Origin: Fusobacteriaceae bacterium
GTDB taxonomy: Bacteria > Fusobacteriota > Fusobacteriia > Fusobacteriales > Fusobacteriaceae
Assembly: GCA_900764925.1 (NCBI GenBank)
Contig: CAAFPW010000002.1
Location: 7,563 to 71,562, forward strand
DNA: 64,000 nucleotides
Reading direction: 5' to 3'
The translations under genes and the position numbers were made by a program. Below the pieces are notes generated by a model that was given only the letters and a program-made list of their open reading frames with translations, did not search any database and was not told the origin of the DNA. Below, one piece after another: positions 1 to 10,552 of the stretch (position 1 is its first letter; the number at the start of each line of letters is the position of its first letter).

Positions 1-969
1 TGGCATATATTCAAAGTTCATTCCGTACAGACTAGCTAAGAAACTCAAAGGCATGAATATTGTAGAGATAATTGCAAGAATTTGCATAATCTCATTCATT
101 CCATTACTAATAGTAGAGTGATAAAGTTGAATTAACTCTGTAACTCTACCATTTAAGATATCCAATGTATCATGTACAATTATTCCATGGTCTGATAGGT
201 CAGTTAAGTATATCTTCATATCCTCATTTAGATATTCAGCCACACTATTGGTCTGCAATCTAGTGATTAACTCTCTAATTGGTCCAATAGTTCTCTTTAA
301 TGTTGTAACTTTTTGCTTAAGTGTTATGATAGCTTGAAGGTCATCTCTATCAGAATCATTGATTACTTTAGATTCCAATCTATCTATCTCCATCTCTACC
401 TCATCCAATATCATAAAATAGTTATCCACTATTGTATCCAATATAGTATAAGTTAGATATCCAACACTTCTCTTTCTCATTCTAGAATTAGGAGCCTCTA
501 TTCTCGCCCTAATTGAATCAAAAACATCTCCAGGAGTTTCCTGAAAAGTTAAGAGATAATCCTCTCCAACTATAAAAGAAACTTGCTCATAGGTGATATC
601 TTTAGAGATCAGATTTAATTTTAACATCTTCATAACTATAAATAGATACTCATCCCTCTCCTCAACTTTAGCTCTTTGAGTACTATTTACTAAGTCTTCC
701 ATAACCAAGTTATCCAAATTAAATAGTTTTCCTACCTCTTTTACCAGAGGAATATTATGAATCCCATCTATATTTATCCAAGTAATTCCTTTAAAATCTT
801 TTTTTAATTCATTTAAATCACTATTTTCATCAAATAGCTCTCTTTTTATAACGCTGTCATTATAGGCTAGAATATCTATATTAATCTTATGTTGTGGGTT
901 TTCCCCAGTATAAATTATACTCCCTGGAGGTAGTCCTACTTTTTTCTTTCTATTTGATGAATCGTTCAT
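1..969 (-). CDS. corA: CorA magnesium/cobalt transporter (3' end runs off window)
   Basis: Not in ORF track. Read manually from ATG at 969: MNDSSNRKKKVGLPPGSIIYTGE (typical CorA N-terminus), in frame with LYGMNFEYMP (GMN signature) at the window edge. Confidence 0.93.
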   Translation of the reverse strand, partial: MNDSSNRKKKVGLPPGSIIYTGENPQHKINIDILAYNDSVIKRELFDENSDLNELKKDFKGITWINIDGIHNIPLVKEVGKLFNLDNLVMEDLVNSTQRAKVEERDEYLFIVMKMLKLNLISKDITYEQVSFIVGEDYLLTFQETPGDVFDSIRARIEAPNSRMRKRSVGYLTYTILDTIVDNYFMILDEVEMEIDRLESKVINDSDRDDLQAIITLKQKVTTLKRTIGPIRELITRLQTNSVAEYLNEDMKIYLTDLSDHGIIVHDTLDILNGRVTELIQLYHSTISNGMNEIMQILAIISTIFMPLSFLASLYGMNFEYMP

Positions 970-985
970 CTCTAATTCACCTCAC

Positions 986-2509
986 TTAACTTTTAAATAT
1001 ATTTATAAAATAATCATCTATCTGCTTCTGAATAGCTTCACTATAATTTTCTATCTGCTTTTTGACAAGATTTTCTATATACTCTATCTCCTCTTTTTTA
1101 TCTGGATAGTATATTGGCGTCTCCTTCAATGGTGTAGAATAAAATTCATAGTTCTTTCCCTTGGTTTTTCCATTGTATTTAAACCATTGAAGAAAGCTTG
1201 AAGAGTTCATATACCCTAAAATATAGAATATATTTATCTCCTCTCTTCTGGTAGTTATAAAATATATATCTGCACTACCATAAAATTCCCCCTCATCATA
1301 GGAGAATTGATTAGTTTTACATCTTTGGCGAACTAAAATCTTGGGCTTTAAAAATATCTCTCTATCTCTTGCCCACTGTAATTGCCACCACTCTATCTGT
1401 TTTTTTATTACCTCTCTTCTGGTAGAAAGTTCTTCATAATACTCATCTAAATAATCTTTCAATTCACTATCTAGCTGAGTATTTTTATCTAGATAGAGAA
1501 TCCAAAAACTATTTCTATTGTTACTGTATTTTCCAATATCCTTATTTTTATAAAAGGGTTTTAAGTACCCTTTAAATCTATCTTGATATTCATCAAATAC
1601 AAAAGCTTTATCACACCCAGAAACTATTCCCTGATTTATATTTACTAAATCTTCTAATCTATAGTTTGAAACTTCTAGTACCCTTTTATTATACTCCCTT
1701 GTCTCTCTATCTGCCAAGACTATTTTTAAATTCTCATCATATATATTCCTATTGGAAATAGAAAAAAGCTTTTCCGGAGTATCTATCCTTATATTTTTTT
1801 TCTCCTGTAATTTCTTCTCCCAACTAAAAATAATGTTGTGCTGCCCCTTAGCTTTTGAAAAAAGTGAATTATCATAAAATATTATCTCTCTAAAACTTCC
1901 ATTCTCTTTCAATGCAGTTCTCAATTTTTTTCCACTATCTGCTTTAAGCCAATAGTTAGTGGTCAAATATACAAAAACTCCATCTGTTTCCAAAAGCTCC
2001 ACAGCTTTCTCTATAAAAAAGTAAAAATAATCCATCTTAGCTTCATAGTATTTTTTTCCAAAAGATGTATATTTAATTTTTTGAAATACCTCTCTATTAT
2101 TTTTCTCCCCTAAATATGGAGGATTTCCTAAAATAAGATTAAATTTTTCTTCAACTAGAAGTGCATTTTCTACGGCTATATTTATCTCTCCATCTAAAGA
2201 ATAGTATCTCAAAAGTTCCTTCATCTTCAATCTAGTTAATTTCACTGCTTCTGGATTTATATCATAACCCTTTATCCAATTTGGATTATAGCTATACTTC
2301 CCTGTTAGTTTTTTAGAGAGAATTATCAACTCCTCTAAAGCTGGAAGTAAGAGATTTCCATTTCCACAAGAGAGATCACAAACTCTTATACTATCTAAGT
2401 TTTCCTTAGTTTTACCTCTTTCAAAATAAAGAGCTATCCCTTTTTTTGCTATATCCTTTGCTATATCATTAGGAGTGTACACCTTATAATTATATTTTTT
2501 CTCCTCCAT
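986..2509 (-). CDS. Amino (probably N6-adenine) DNA methyltransferase, gamma class (Eco57I/TaqI-like), orphan
   Basis: Motif I variant DLSCGNG, motif IV GNPPY, D-Y-x-Y-F-F-IEKA segment, C-terminal TRD-like region; no adjacent endonuclease ORF. Confidence 0.85.
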   Translation of the reverse strand: MEEKKYNYKVYTPNDIAKDIAKKGIALYFERGKTKENLDSIRVCDLSCGNGNLLLPALEELIILSKKLTGKYSYNPNWIKGYDINPEAVKLTRLKMKELLRYYSLDGEINIAVENALLVEEKFNLILGNPPYLGEKNNREVFQKIKYTSFGKKYYEAKMDYFYFFIEKAVELLETDGVFVYLTTNYWLKADSGKKLRTALKENGSFREIIFYDNSLFSKAKGQHNIIFSWEKKLQEKKNIRIDTPEKLFSISNRNIYDENLKIVLADRETREYNKRVLEVSNYRLEDLVNINQGIVSGCDKAFVFDEYQDRFKGYLKPFYKNKDIGKYSNNRNSFWILYLDKNTQLDSELKDYLDEYYEELSTRREVIKKQIEWWQLQWARDREIFLKPKILVRQRCKTNQFSYDEGEFYGSADIYFITTRREEINIFYILGYMNSSSFLQWFKYNGKTKGKNYEFYSTPLKETPIYYPDKKEEIEYIENLVKKQIENYSEAIQKQIDDYFINIFKS

Positions 2510-3969
2510 TAAAACACTTCCATCCTATTTTTTAATAGACTCTTTGCCCAAAAAATCATATATACAAGTGAAAATATTGAAAGTTTCAATATTGTATTAT
2601 CAATTTTAAAACTAGCAAGTAGAGATATACAAGTAACAGCAGCTACTTTTATAAAAAATATATAAAACTTTCTTAAGCTAAAATTTATATATTTTTTTCT
2701 AAATACTACAAGAAGTAATAAGAAATTTACCCCTGAAGCTATTGAAGTAGAAAGTGCAAGTCCTCTATACTCCATAATATTTATCAATAGGAAATTTAAA
2801 ACTATATTTACTACTATTGAGATAATAGAAAATTTTACTGGATGTTTACTATCCTTTGCACTATAAAAAGCTCTAGTCATCAGATATATACCTGTGTAGA
2901 AATAGAGTCCTAAAGAGTAGTATATCAATGCTTGAGAAGTTACTCTTACAGCTTCCTCTCCAAACTCTCCATAGGATAGTGTCAATCTAATTACCTCTGG
3001 AGCATAAAATGTAAGTACAGCTGTTGATGGAATTATTAAAAATAGCAATATATTCAATCCTTTAATTATATTGTCGGTAGCTTCTTCTAAATTATTTTTT
3101 GACATAGCCTTAGATAGAGCTGGAAATATAACTGTAGAAATAGATACTCCAAAAACTCCCACAGGAAGTAGATACAATCTAGTAGCATTTTCTAAAGCTG
3201 AAACTCCTCCCTCAGCTAAATATGAAGCAAACATCTGATCCACTATGGTATTTACCTGTCTAGCTACTATCCCAACTAACATTGGACAAATCATTATAAA
3301 GATTCTTTTTAAATATGGATCCTGCCAATCAATCTTAAAGGAGTAACCTCTCACAATCTTAAAGAAAGCTGGTAATACAACTAAAAATTGAAAAACTCCA
3401 CCTATTACAACTCCATAAGCTAGAGCATCTATACCATAGATTTTTCCAAAATAAACAGAAGCCAAAATTATTGCTAAGTTAAAAAATATAGATGTAGAAG
3501 CTGGTACAGCAAACTGTTTAAAATTATTCAGGATTGCACAGATCATTCCTGATAAACTTATAAATACAAAATATACAGACATTATTTTCAAAAGTCTTGA
3601 AGCTATAATTTTAGTTTCATCTGGAAATCCACTAACTATTCCTGCTATTATTTGATCTGAAAATATTATCATCAAAATAGTAATTATGGTACTAAATACA
3701 AAAAGAAGATTGAGTATGGAAAATATAAACTGTTTACTATTTTCTTCTCCCTCTATCTCTACCCTTTCATTATAAAGTGGTATAAAAGAGCTTCCTAAAG
3801 CTCCCTCCCCCAAAAGCTGTCTAAAAAAATTACTTATTTTAAAGGCACTAAAAAATGCATCTGTCATTGCTGATGCACCAAAATAGTAGGCTATAATCCC
3901 TGCCCTCACAAGGCCCAATACCCTACTTACCATTGTAATTATCATAACTAGAAGTCCACTTTTAAACAT
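2509..3969 (-). CDS. murJ: Lipid II flippase MurJ (MviN)
   Basis: SRVLGLVR, DAFFSAFKISNFFRQLLGEGAL, RLYLLPVGVFG; multi-TM. Confidence 0.95.
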   Translation of the reverse strand: MFKSGLLVMIITMVSRVLGLVRAGIIAYYFGASAMTDAFFSAFKISNFFRQLLGEGALGSSFIPLYNERVEIEGEENSKQFIFSILNLLFVFSTIITILMIIFSDQIIAGIVSGFPDETKIIASRLLKIMSVYFVFISLSGMICAILNNFKQFAVPASTSIFFNLAIILASVYFGKIYGIDALAYGVVIGGVFQFLVVLPAFFKIVRGYSFKIDWQDPYLKRIFIMICPMLVGIVARQVNTIVDQMFASYLAEGGVSALENATRLYLLPVGVFGVSISTVIFPALSKAMSKNNLEEATDNIIKGLNILLFLIIPSTAVLTFYAPEVIRLTLSYGEFGEEAVRVTSQALIYYSLGLYFYTGIYLMTRAFYSAKDSKHPVKFSIISIVVNIVLNFLLINIMEYRGLALSTSIASGVNFLLLLVVFRKKYINFSLRKFYIFFIKVAAVTCISLLASFKIDNTILKLSIFSLVYMIFWAKSLLKNRMEVF

Positions 3970-3989
3970 AAAAACTCCTTAATAAAATT

Positions 3990-4667
3990 TTATCTTTTTA
4001 TCCTTGTTACCATTTCCCCTTCAATCAAAATCATTCCCTCTTTATATAACTCCAACAGAGCTAAAAATATATAGACTAGGTGCATTCTTCCCTCAGCTTC
4101 AGAAAATATCGAATCAAAGGTTCTATTTTGAGAATAAAGTTTGAGATACAATCTATCCATCTCATCTTTAAGAGTATATTTTTTTTCTAATTCTAACTCC
4201 ATATACTCACTCTCATTTTTCTCTACATACCTTTTATATGCTAAATATAGGTCACTTGCTTGAAGTTTAGAGAGATCATACTCCTTAGGAGTTTTTTTAA
4301 TAATCTTTCTACTCTCACCTCTGGTGTAAGAGATGTTATATTCATTCTCCATCTCTCCAATTTTTACAGCTATCTCTTTAAAAATCTTGTAATCTTCCAA
4401 TCTTCTCTTAAGCTCTTTTTCCTTGTTCTCCTCCTCATTTAGAGATAGGAGAGTTGATGCTTTTATCTCCAAAAGCTCCGATGCTGTAACTAAAAATTCC
4501 ACCTTGATGTGTAAGTTTTCCTCTTGAGCATTTTTTAACACTCCCAAATACTCGTCAATTATTTGAGAGATTTTTATCTCTGATATCTTTAATTTTTTTT
4601 TCTCTATAAGGTGTAAAAGCAGGTCTAGGGGTCCTTCAAAATTATCTATTTTCAATACTATATCCAT
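3990..4667 (-). CDS. scpA: Segregation/condensation protein A (kleisin)
   Basis: N-terminal FEGPLDLLLHLI and C-terminal FLALLEL signatures. Confidence 0.93.
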   Translation of the reverse strand: MDIVLKIDNFEGPLDLLLHLIEKKKLKISEIKISQIIDEYLGVLKNAQEENLHIKVEFLVTASELLEIKASTLLSLNEEENKEKELKRRLEDYKIFKEIAVKIGEMENEYNISYTRGESRKIIKKTPKEYDLSKLQASDLYLAYKRYVEKNESEYMELELEKKYTLKDEMDRLYLKLYSQNRTFDSIFSEAEGRMHLVYIFLALLELYKEGMILIEGEMVTRIKR

Positions 4668-5604
4668 CTCTGTTCCCTATCACTTCACGCCAAGTTCTTA
4701 CATCATTAGCTATTACACTTTTTAACTCATCTATGGAATCAAACTTTCTTTCCTCTCTCATATATTGAAGAAGCTCAACAGTTACAATCTTACCATATAT
4801 GAACTCATCAAAATCCAGTATATTGACCTCTACACTCTTCTCTCCCGGTTTCAGAGTAGGATTTACACCTATATTTACCACACCATCACGGAAAAAATCC
4901 TCTCCCTCTACCTTTACTCTTACTCCATAGATTCCATTTCTAGGATATAATCTATTCATAATCTTTATATTAGCTGTTGGAAATCCCAATTGTCTTGCTA
5001 ACTTTCTTCCATGAACTACCTCTCCAATTATCACAAAGTTATGTCCCAGATACTTATTTACCAAGGCTATATCCTCATTCTCTACCTCTTTTCTAATGAA
5101 AGTGGAACTGATAAGTTTGTTGTCTAAATATACAGCTGGAATCTCATTGACAGCTATTCCTCTAGCCTCTCCTAATCTTATTAAGTCCTTTGCCTTACAT
5201 TTTCCTCCCACACCAAATGAGAAGTTAAATCCTACAAAAAGTTCTTTACTTCCAACTTTATTTTGTAGAATATCTACAAACTCCTCTCCTGTTAAGTTTG
5301 CAAAGCTTTGAGAAAACTCTTGTAAAATCACACAATCCACTCCCAACTGTTCTAAAAGATATAGTTTTTCCTCAATTGTGTTGATATTTCTAGGAGCTTT
5401 CTCCCTGTTTATAAGTTCCATAGGGTGACTTGAAAATGTAAATACAACTGATTGTCCCCCATTTTTTTTGGCAGTTTCCACAGCTTTTTTTATAAGTTGT
5501 TGATGTCCATAGTGTACCCCATCAAAAGTCCCTATGGCCACATAACTATTTGCTAAACACTCATTAAAATCTATTATATCCTCTATTATTTTCATTCTGC
5601 TCAT
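4642..5604 (-). CDS. ribF: Bifunctional riboflavin kinase/FAD synthetase
   Basis: GTFDGVHYGH, ISSTFIR, GFPTAN, NIGVNPT motifs. Confidence 0.95.
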   Translation of the reverse strand: MSRMKIIEDIIDFNECLANSYVAIGTFDGVHYGHQQLIKKAVETAKKNGGQSVVFTFSSHPMELINREKAPRNINTIEEKLYLLEQLGVDCVILQEFSQSFANLTGEEFVDILQNKVGSKELFVGFNFSFGVGGKCKAKDLIRLGEARGIAVNEIPAVYLDNKLISSTFIRKEVENEDIALVNKYLGHNFVIIGEVVHGRKLARQLGFPTANIKIMNRLYPRNGIYGVRVKVEGEDFFRDGVVNIGVNPTLKPGEKSVEVNILDFDEFIYGKIVTVELLQYMREERKFDSIDELKSVIANDVRTWREVIGNRDGYSIENR

Positions 5605-5606
5605 AC

Positions 5607-6509
5607 TTATTCCTCAATTTCTTCTTTTATAAGATTGTTGTAAATCTCCTCTATTCTTCTAAATCTATTTCTTACCCCAGATTTTGAAATTCCTATAATT
5701 TCAGCAATCTCTTGAAGTGAACTCTCTGGATTTTTCAATCTCACATAAGCTATCTCTTCAAGCACAGGACTTAGAGAGTTAAGCCCCATCTCTTTATCTA
5801 TATGTTTTATCATCTTTATCTGATTATTTCCTGTGTTGAGAGTTTTTGTCTCATTGGCTACTTCCCAATTCATCTCTCTTATAGTTTTATTTTTTAAATC
5901 CTTTATCATTGTAGTCTCTTCATACTTAAAAAAGGATTGAATACTTCCTATCATTACCATTATATCCATTATATCCTCAGAGTTTCTGAGATATACCAAG
6001 GGTTTATTTCTCTTCATCGTCTTAAAAACCTTTTTACTCTTAGCAAAAAGTATGTTATAAAACTTATCCGCTGTCTCTTCGTCATCCATAAAGAAATCTA
6101 AAGCATACTCTTTTTGTGGATCCTTTATATATCCACAAGATAAAAATATCCCCCTTATAAATCCCTTCAATATCTCTTCACTAGCTAAAATAAGATTTTC
6201 ATCAAAGCTCTTTATCTGTTCAAGAAAATCTCTGTACCCCTTCTGTTTTGGAATAAGTATAATATATACATTGTGTTCTCCTAATCTCTTTGAGATTGAG
6301 TATTTTATCTCTATCTTTAAATTAGTTACCTCTTTTATAAAATTATACACCCTTTTAGCTAAAGATATATTTTCTAATCTCAACTCTACTCTATCTTCAT
6401 AAAAAGCATTTTTACTGAAAAGAATAGCTGAAAGTTCAGCTCTCTTTTCAATATTTGTAACCATCTCATTACTTAAAATTTCCTGTTTTACATTATAGGT
6501 ATAAGACAT
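5607..6509 (-). CDS. whiA: DNA-binding protein WhiA
   Basis: FIRGIFLSCGYIKDP, NWEVANETKT, C-terminal HTH PESSLQEI...SKSGVRNRFRRI. Confidence 0.93.
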   Translation of the reverse strand: MSYTYNVKQEILSNEMVTNIEKRAELSAILFSKNAFYEDRVELRLENISLAKRVYNFIKEVTNLKIEIKYSISKRLGEHNVYIILIPKQKGYRDFLEQIKSFDENLILASEEILKGFIRGIFLSCGYIKDPQKEYALDFFMDDEETADKFYNILFAKSKKVFKTMKRNKPLVYLRNSEDIMDIMVMIGSIQSFFKYEETTMIKDLKNKTIREMNWEVANETKTLNTGNNQIKMIKHIDKEMGLNSLSPVLEEIAYVRLKNPESSLQEIAEIIGISKSGVRNRFRRIEEIYNNLIKEEIEE

Positions 6510-6525
6510 CTCCCCTCCTATATAG

Positions 6526-9243
6526 TTATTTTGTTTCTGCCCAATTCACTCCAATATTGGTATTGATCTCCAATGGAACATCCTCAAACTTCACACTATT
6601 TCTCATTATATTTTCAATCTCTTCTCTATAAAGCTCTACCTTGTCTCTCTTTATCTCAAAAATAAGTTCGTCATGTACTTGTAAAAGTAACTCCACTCCC
6701 TCTTTATCTTTCAAATATCTATATAACTCTATCATCACTTTTTTTATAATCTCTGCAGCTGTTCCTTGAATTACACTATTCACAGCCATTCTTTCAGCTT
6801 GGCTTTTAATATTTTTATTTTTTGAGTTTATTCCATCTATGAGTCTTCTTCTTCCAAAGAATGTCTCTGTATACCCATTCTTCTCTGTAAACTCAACTAT
6901 CTCCTTTTCAAATCCCTTAACCTTAGGGTATTGATTAAAATATCTATCTATATACTCAGCTGCCTCTTTCTGATTTATTCCTAATTCTTTAGCAAGTCCA
7001 AAGGCTGTCTTTCCATAAATTATACTAAAGTTTATAGTTTTAGCTATGATTCTTTGCTCTCTTGAAACCTCTTCAGCATCTGAAAGTTCAAATATCTTTC
7101 TAGCTGTAAGGCTATGTAAGTCCATATTGTTTTTATAAGCTGCTCTCAGATTTTCATCTCCAGAGAGTTGAGCCAATACTCTAAGCTCTATTTGAGAGTA
7201 ATCTATTCCCATCAAAACACTATCTCTATCAGCGATAAATCCCTGTCTGATCTTTATTCCCTCATCTGTTTTTACAGGGATATTTTGTAAGTTTGGATCA
7301 GAAGATGAAAGTCTTCCAGTAGTAGTCCCAATCTGATTAAAGGTTGTGTGCACTCTATCATTCTCATCTCTAAGTTTTGGTATAGCATCCACATAGGTAT
7401 TTTTTAATTTTGCAAGTTTTCTATATTCCAATATATGTTTAGCTATCTCTGCCCCATCAGCTTTTAATTTTTCTAACACTTCCTCATCTGTTGAAAGTCC
7501 TGTCTTAGTTTTCTTCACTGGTGGTAGATTAAGTTTAAAGAAAAGTACCTCTGCTAACTGTTTTGGAGAGTTGATATTAAACTCCTCTCCAGCATCAGAG
7601 TAGATATTTTTTTGTAACTCCTCTATTGAACTTGCCAACTCCTTCTCATATTTAGAAAAATACTCTGGATCTATTTTTATTCCCTTTCTCTCCATAGATG
7701 ATAAAATCTCTATAAGTGGCATCTCTATATCTTTCAACACTTTTGTGAGATTTCTATCCTCTAGCTCCTCTTTGATTATATCATAGCACTCTAAAATTCC
7801 CACTGTTCTCTGACATAGATATTTTCCATACTCCTCAGAAGATAGATTTTCTGGTTTCTCTTTTCCAAACTTGTCAGCATAACTCTCTAGCTCCACAGCT
7901 GTTAAACTCTCAATTGGAAGCTCTACATTCTCTTTAGTCTGAGAACTGATTAAGTGGTAAGCTATCATTAAATCTAACTCACAATTCTTTACTTTCAAAC
8001 CTCTATTCAGAAGATTTTTTAGGTTGTAAGTGATAATACTTCCCTTGTATCCATCAAAAAACTCCTGTATCTCATCACAACTTACATCACAGCTTTCCAC
8101 AATAGGAGTTGGATCAAATAGAGATATGTTACCACCTATCTTACTTTCACATTTTTTTATAAATGGGAAGTAGTAATCTCTATCATATGAACTAAAGGCT
8201 ATTCCACACTCACTATAATACACACCTAAAAGTTTTACATCTTTCATTGTACTTTGAAACTCTTTCAGGCTCTTTGCTCCCTCTAAAAGTGTGAAACATC
8301 TCTCTGTACTTGTTCTTTTACTTACCTCTTTTGAACTCTCTACAACTTCTACTCCATTTTCAAGTCCCATTTTTTTAATTAAAGCTTTAAATTCTAAAAC
8401 TTTAAAAAGCTCTAAAAGTTTTTTGTTATCCATATTGTAACTTAAATCTTCAGCTTTAAAATTCAAAGGAACATCTTGACAGATTATAGCTAACTCTCTA
8501 CTCATAAAAGCTATCTCTCTATCCTCTTTTAAATTTGTAATAAGGGCTTTTCCCACTCCAGATATCTCTGTCAAAGAGTCAATATTCTCATATATTCCCT
8601 CTAGGTTTCCATATTTTTCTAACATTGGAATAGCCTTTTTAGGACCTATCTTTCTCACTCCCGGAATACCATCACTAGAATCCCCAATTAGTCCAAACAA
8701 ATCTGGAATCATCTTAGAAGGAACACCTAGATACTCTATTACATCCTCATCTGTCCTTATTATTTTAAATTTATCTCCACCCTCTCCTTTTCCAAGTAGA
8801 GCTATATTGATATTTTCATCTAAAATTTGAGCTAAGTCCTTATCCCCAGTGATGACATACACCTCTACCCCTTGAGAAGAGAGATTTTTAGCAAGGGTTC
8901 CCAATACATCATCAGCTTCATACCCCTCTATCTTAAATCTATTTATATTATAACAATCTAAAAGCTCCTCTATTCTTGGAATTTGTGCTATTAAATCCTC
9001 TGGTGCTGATTCCCTCTGAGCTTTATATTCACTATATATCTCACTTCTTTTTAGTGAAGCTCTCTTCACATCAAAAGCAGCTCCTATATAATCGGGAGCA
9101 AATTCTTTTATTATACTCATTAAAGTATTTACAAATCCATATACAGCTCCTGTTGGCTCTGTCTTTGTTCTAAAATTCATATTTGCAAAATACGCTCTAT
9201 ACATTATTGCACTTACATCTAAAAGTACAGCTCTTTTCTTCAT
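6526..9243 (-). CDS. polA: DNA polymerase I (3'-5' exonuclease domain appears degenerate)
   Basis: 5'-3' exonuclease GYEADD and GDKD; polymerase motifs DYSQIELR, AKTINFSIIYG, QVHDEL. Start placed at ATG 9243 behind a GGAGG RBS (track start 9267). Confidence 0.97.
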   Translation of the reverse strand: MKKRAVLLDVSAIMYRAYFANMNFRTKTEPTGAVYGFVNTLMSIIKEFAPDYIGAAFDVKRASLKRSEIYSEYKAQRESAPEDLIAQIPRIEELLDCYNINRFKIEGYEADDVLGTLAKNLSSQGVEVYVITGDKDLAQILDENINIALLGKGEGGDKFKIIRTDEDVIEYLGVPSKMIPDLFGLIGDSSDGIPGVRKIGPKKAIPMLEKYGNLEGIYENIDSLTEISGVGKALITNLKEDREIAFMSRELAIICQDVPLNFKAEDLSYNMDNKKLLELFKVLEFKALIKKMGLENGVEVVESSKEVSKRTSTERCFTLLEGAKSLKEFQSTMKDVKLLGVYYSECGIAFSSYDRDYYFPFIKKCESKIGGNISLFDPTPIVESCDVSCDEIQEFFDGYKGSIITYNLKNLLNRGLKVKNCELDLMIAYHLISSQTKENVELPIESLTAVELESYADKFGKEKPENLSSEEYGKYLCQRTVGILECYDIIKEELEDRNLTKVLKDIEMPLIEILSSMERKGIKIDPEYFSKYEKELASSIEELQKNIYSDAGEEFNINSPKQLAEVLFFKLNLPPVKKTKTGLSTDEEVLEKLKADGAEIAKHILEYRKLAKLKNTYVDAIPKLRDENDRVHTTFNQIGTTTGRLSSSDPNLQNIPVKTDEGIKIRQGFIADRDSVLMGIDYSQIELRVLAQLSGDENLRAAYKNNMDLHSLTARKIFELSDAEEVSREQRIIAKTINFSIIYGKTAFGLAKELGINQKEAAEYIDRYFNQYPKVKGFEKEIVEFTEKNGYTETFFGRRRLIDGINSKNKNIKSQAERMAVNSVIQGTAAEIIKKVMIELYRYLKDKEGVELLLQVHDELIFEIKRDKVELYREEIENIMRNSVKFEDVPLEINTNIGVNWAETK

Positions 9244-9348
9244 AAATTTCCTCCCTACACTATTCATTTTACTGTATTATTATATCATAAATACTATTAT
9301 TTTGCTCTAATATTTTTACCAAAATAGTGTGACTTAATTTGAATTTTA

Positions 9349-9357
9349 TGTTATAAT
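9349..9357 (+). promoter_or_regulatory. Extended -10 promoter of ssb (TGTTATAAT)
   Basis: TGnTATAAT 35 nt upstream of ssb ATG, in the divergent polA/ssb gap. Confidence 0.6.
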
Positions 9358-9391
9358 TGGTTAAAGGCAAAATTAATGGGAGGTAAAGAGT

Positions 9392-9808
9392 ATGAATATT
9401 GTTGTTCTAGTTGGAAGATTAACAAGAGACCCAGAATTAAAATTTGGACAAAGTGGAAAAGCTTATTCAAGATTTTCTTTAGCTGTGGATAGACCTTTTG
9501 CTAAAGGAGAGGCTGATTTTATAAACTGTGTTGCTTTTGGAAAAACTGCTGAACTTATAGGAGAATACCTAAGAAAAGGAAGAAAAGTTGGAGTTAATGG
9601 TAGACTTCAAATGAATAGATTTGAGATGAATGGAGAGAAGAGAACATCTTATGATGTCTTAGTAGAGAGTGTAGAGTTCTTAGAAGCTAAAGGTGCTAGT
9701 GACTCTATGGGTGGATATGAGCCTGAATACTCTGCTCCAGCTCCTAAATCTGCTCCTAAAGAGGTAGAAGAGATTCCTTACGAAGATGATGATGAATTTC
9801 CATTCTAA
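9392..9808 (+). CDS. ssb: Single-stranded DNA-binding protein
   Basis: MNIVVLVGRLTRDPEL, DFINCVAFGKTAE, acidic tail DDDEFPF. Confidence 0.97.
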   Translation: MNIVVLVGRLTRDPELKFGQSGKAYSRFSLAVDRPFAKGEADFINCVAFGKTAELIGEYLRKGRKVGVNGRLQMNRFEMNGEKRTSYDVLVESVEFLEAKGASDSMGGYEPEYSAPAPKSAPKEVEEIPYEDDDEFPF

Positions 9809-9815
9809 TTAAAAT

Positions 9816-9863
9816 AAAAAATAGTATAAGCAATGAATAAATTCTTGTTTATACTATTTTTTT
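9816..9863. terminator. Bidirectional intrinsic terminator between ssb and HAD gene
   Basis: AAAAAATAGTATAAGCAA...TTGTTTATACTATTTTT inverted repeat with A/T tails between convergent genes. Confidence 0.75.
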
Positions 9864-9872
9864 TATTACTTA

Positions 9873-10532
9873 TCAATTTATTAAATTTAATAATTCTGAT
9901 AGAGAGTATACCATAGCATATGGCTTTTCATTTTCTCTTCCTTTTAATAATCTGTTTCTATTGATCCATATTTTATTCCATCCCATTTTAGTTGCTGGAA
10001 CAATATCCCACCAATATCCTTTTGCAATATGATAATGTTCTTTAGCTTTAAGATTAAATTTTTCCTCTGCTATTTTGAAAAATTTTAAGTTTGGTTTATA
10101 ACATCTAGTATCTTCTGCTACTAAAATATCATCAAAAATATTTTCTAACTTTTCTAAATGCCACTTCATAATTTCTTTAGTACTATTAGATAAAATAATA
10201 AGTTTATATCCATTATCTTTTAATTTATGAAGAACCTCCATTACATCTGGAAATGGTAAAAAATTTTTATGTATTTCTATAATTTCATTGTATCTTAATG
10301 TAAAAATATCTGTATTTAATTCTAAATTACAATATGTTAAAATTTCAAAAAGTAACTTATCATAAGTTATAAATTCCTCTCCATACATTAATCTATCTTC
10401 ATAACTAGAAAAAATCTCAATAGCTTTCTCTTTTGATAAGTTATGATTTTCAGCAATATTACCTATAAAATTATAAAGAGAACTTGTATCTAATAGTGTT
10501 CCATAACAATCAAATGTTATTATTTTTTCCAT
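9873..10532 (-). CDS. HAD-superfamily hydrolase (2-haloacid dehalogenase-like)
   Basis: FDCYGTL motif I, LSN motif II, YKP motif III, WDIVPA. Confidence 0.85.
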   Translation of the reverse strand: MEKIITFDCYGTLLDTSSLYNFIGNIAENHNLSKEKAIEIFSSYEDRLMYGEEFITYDKLLFEILTYCNLELNTDIFTLRYNEIIEIHKNFLPFPDVMEVLHKLKDNGYKLIILSNSTKEIMKWHLEKLENIFDDILVAEDTRCYKPNLKFFKIAEEKFNLKAKEHYHIAKGYWWDIVPATKMGWNKIWINRNRLLKGRENEKPYAMVYSLSELLNLIN

Positions 10533-10552
10533 TAATACCTCCTTAAAAACTT

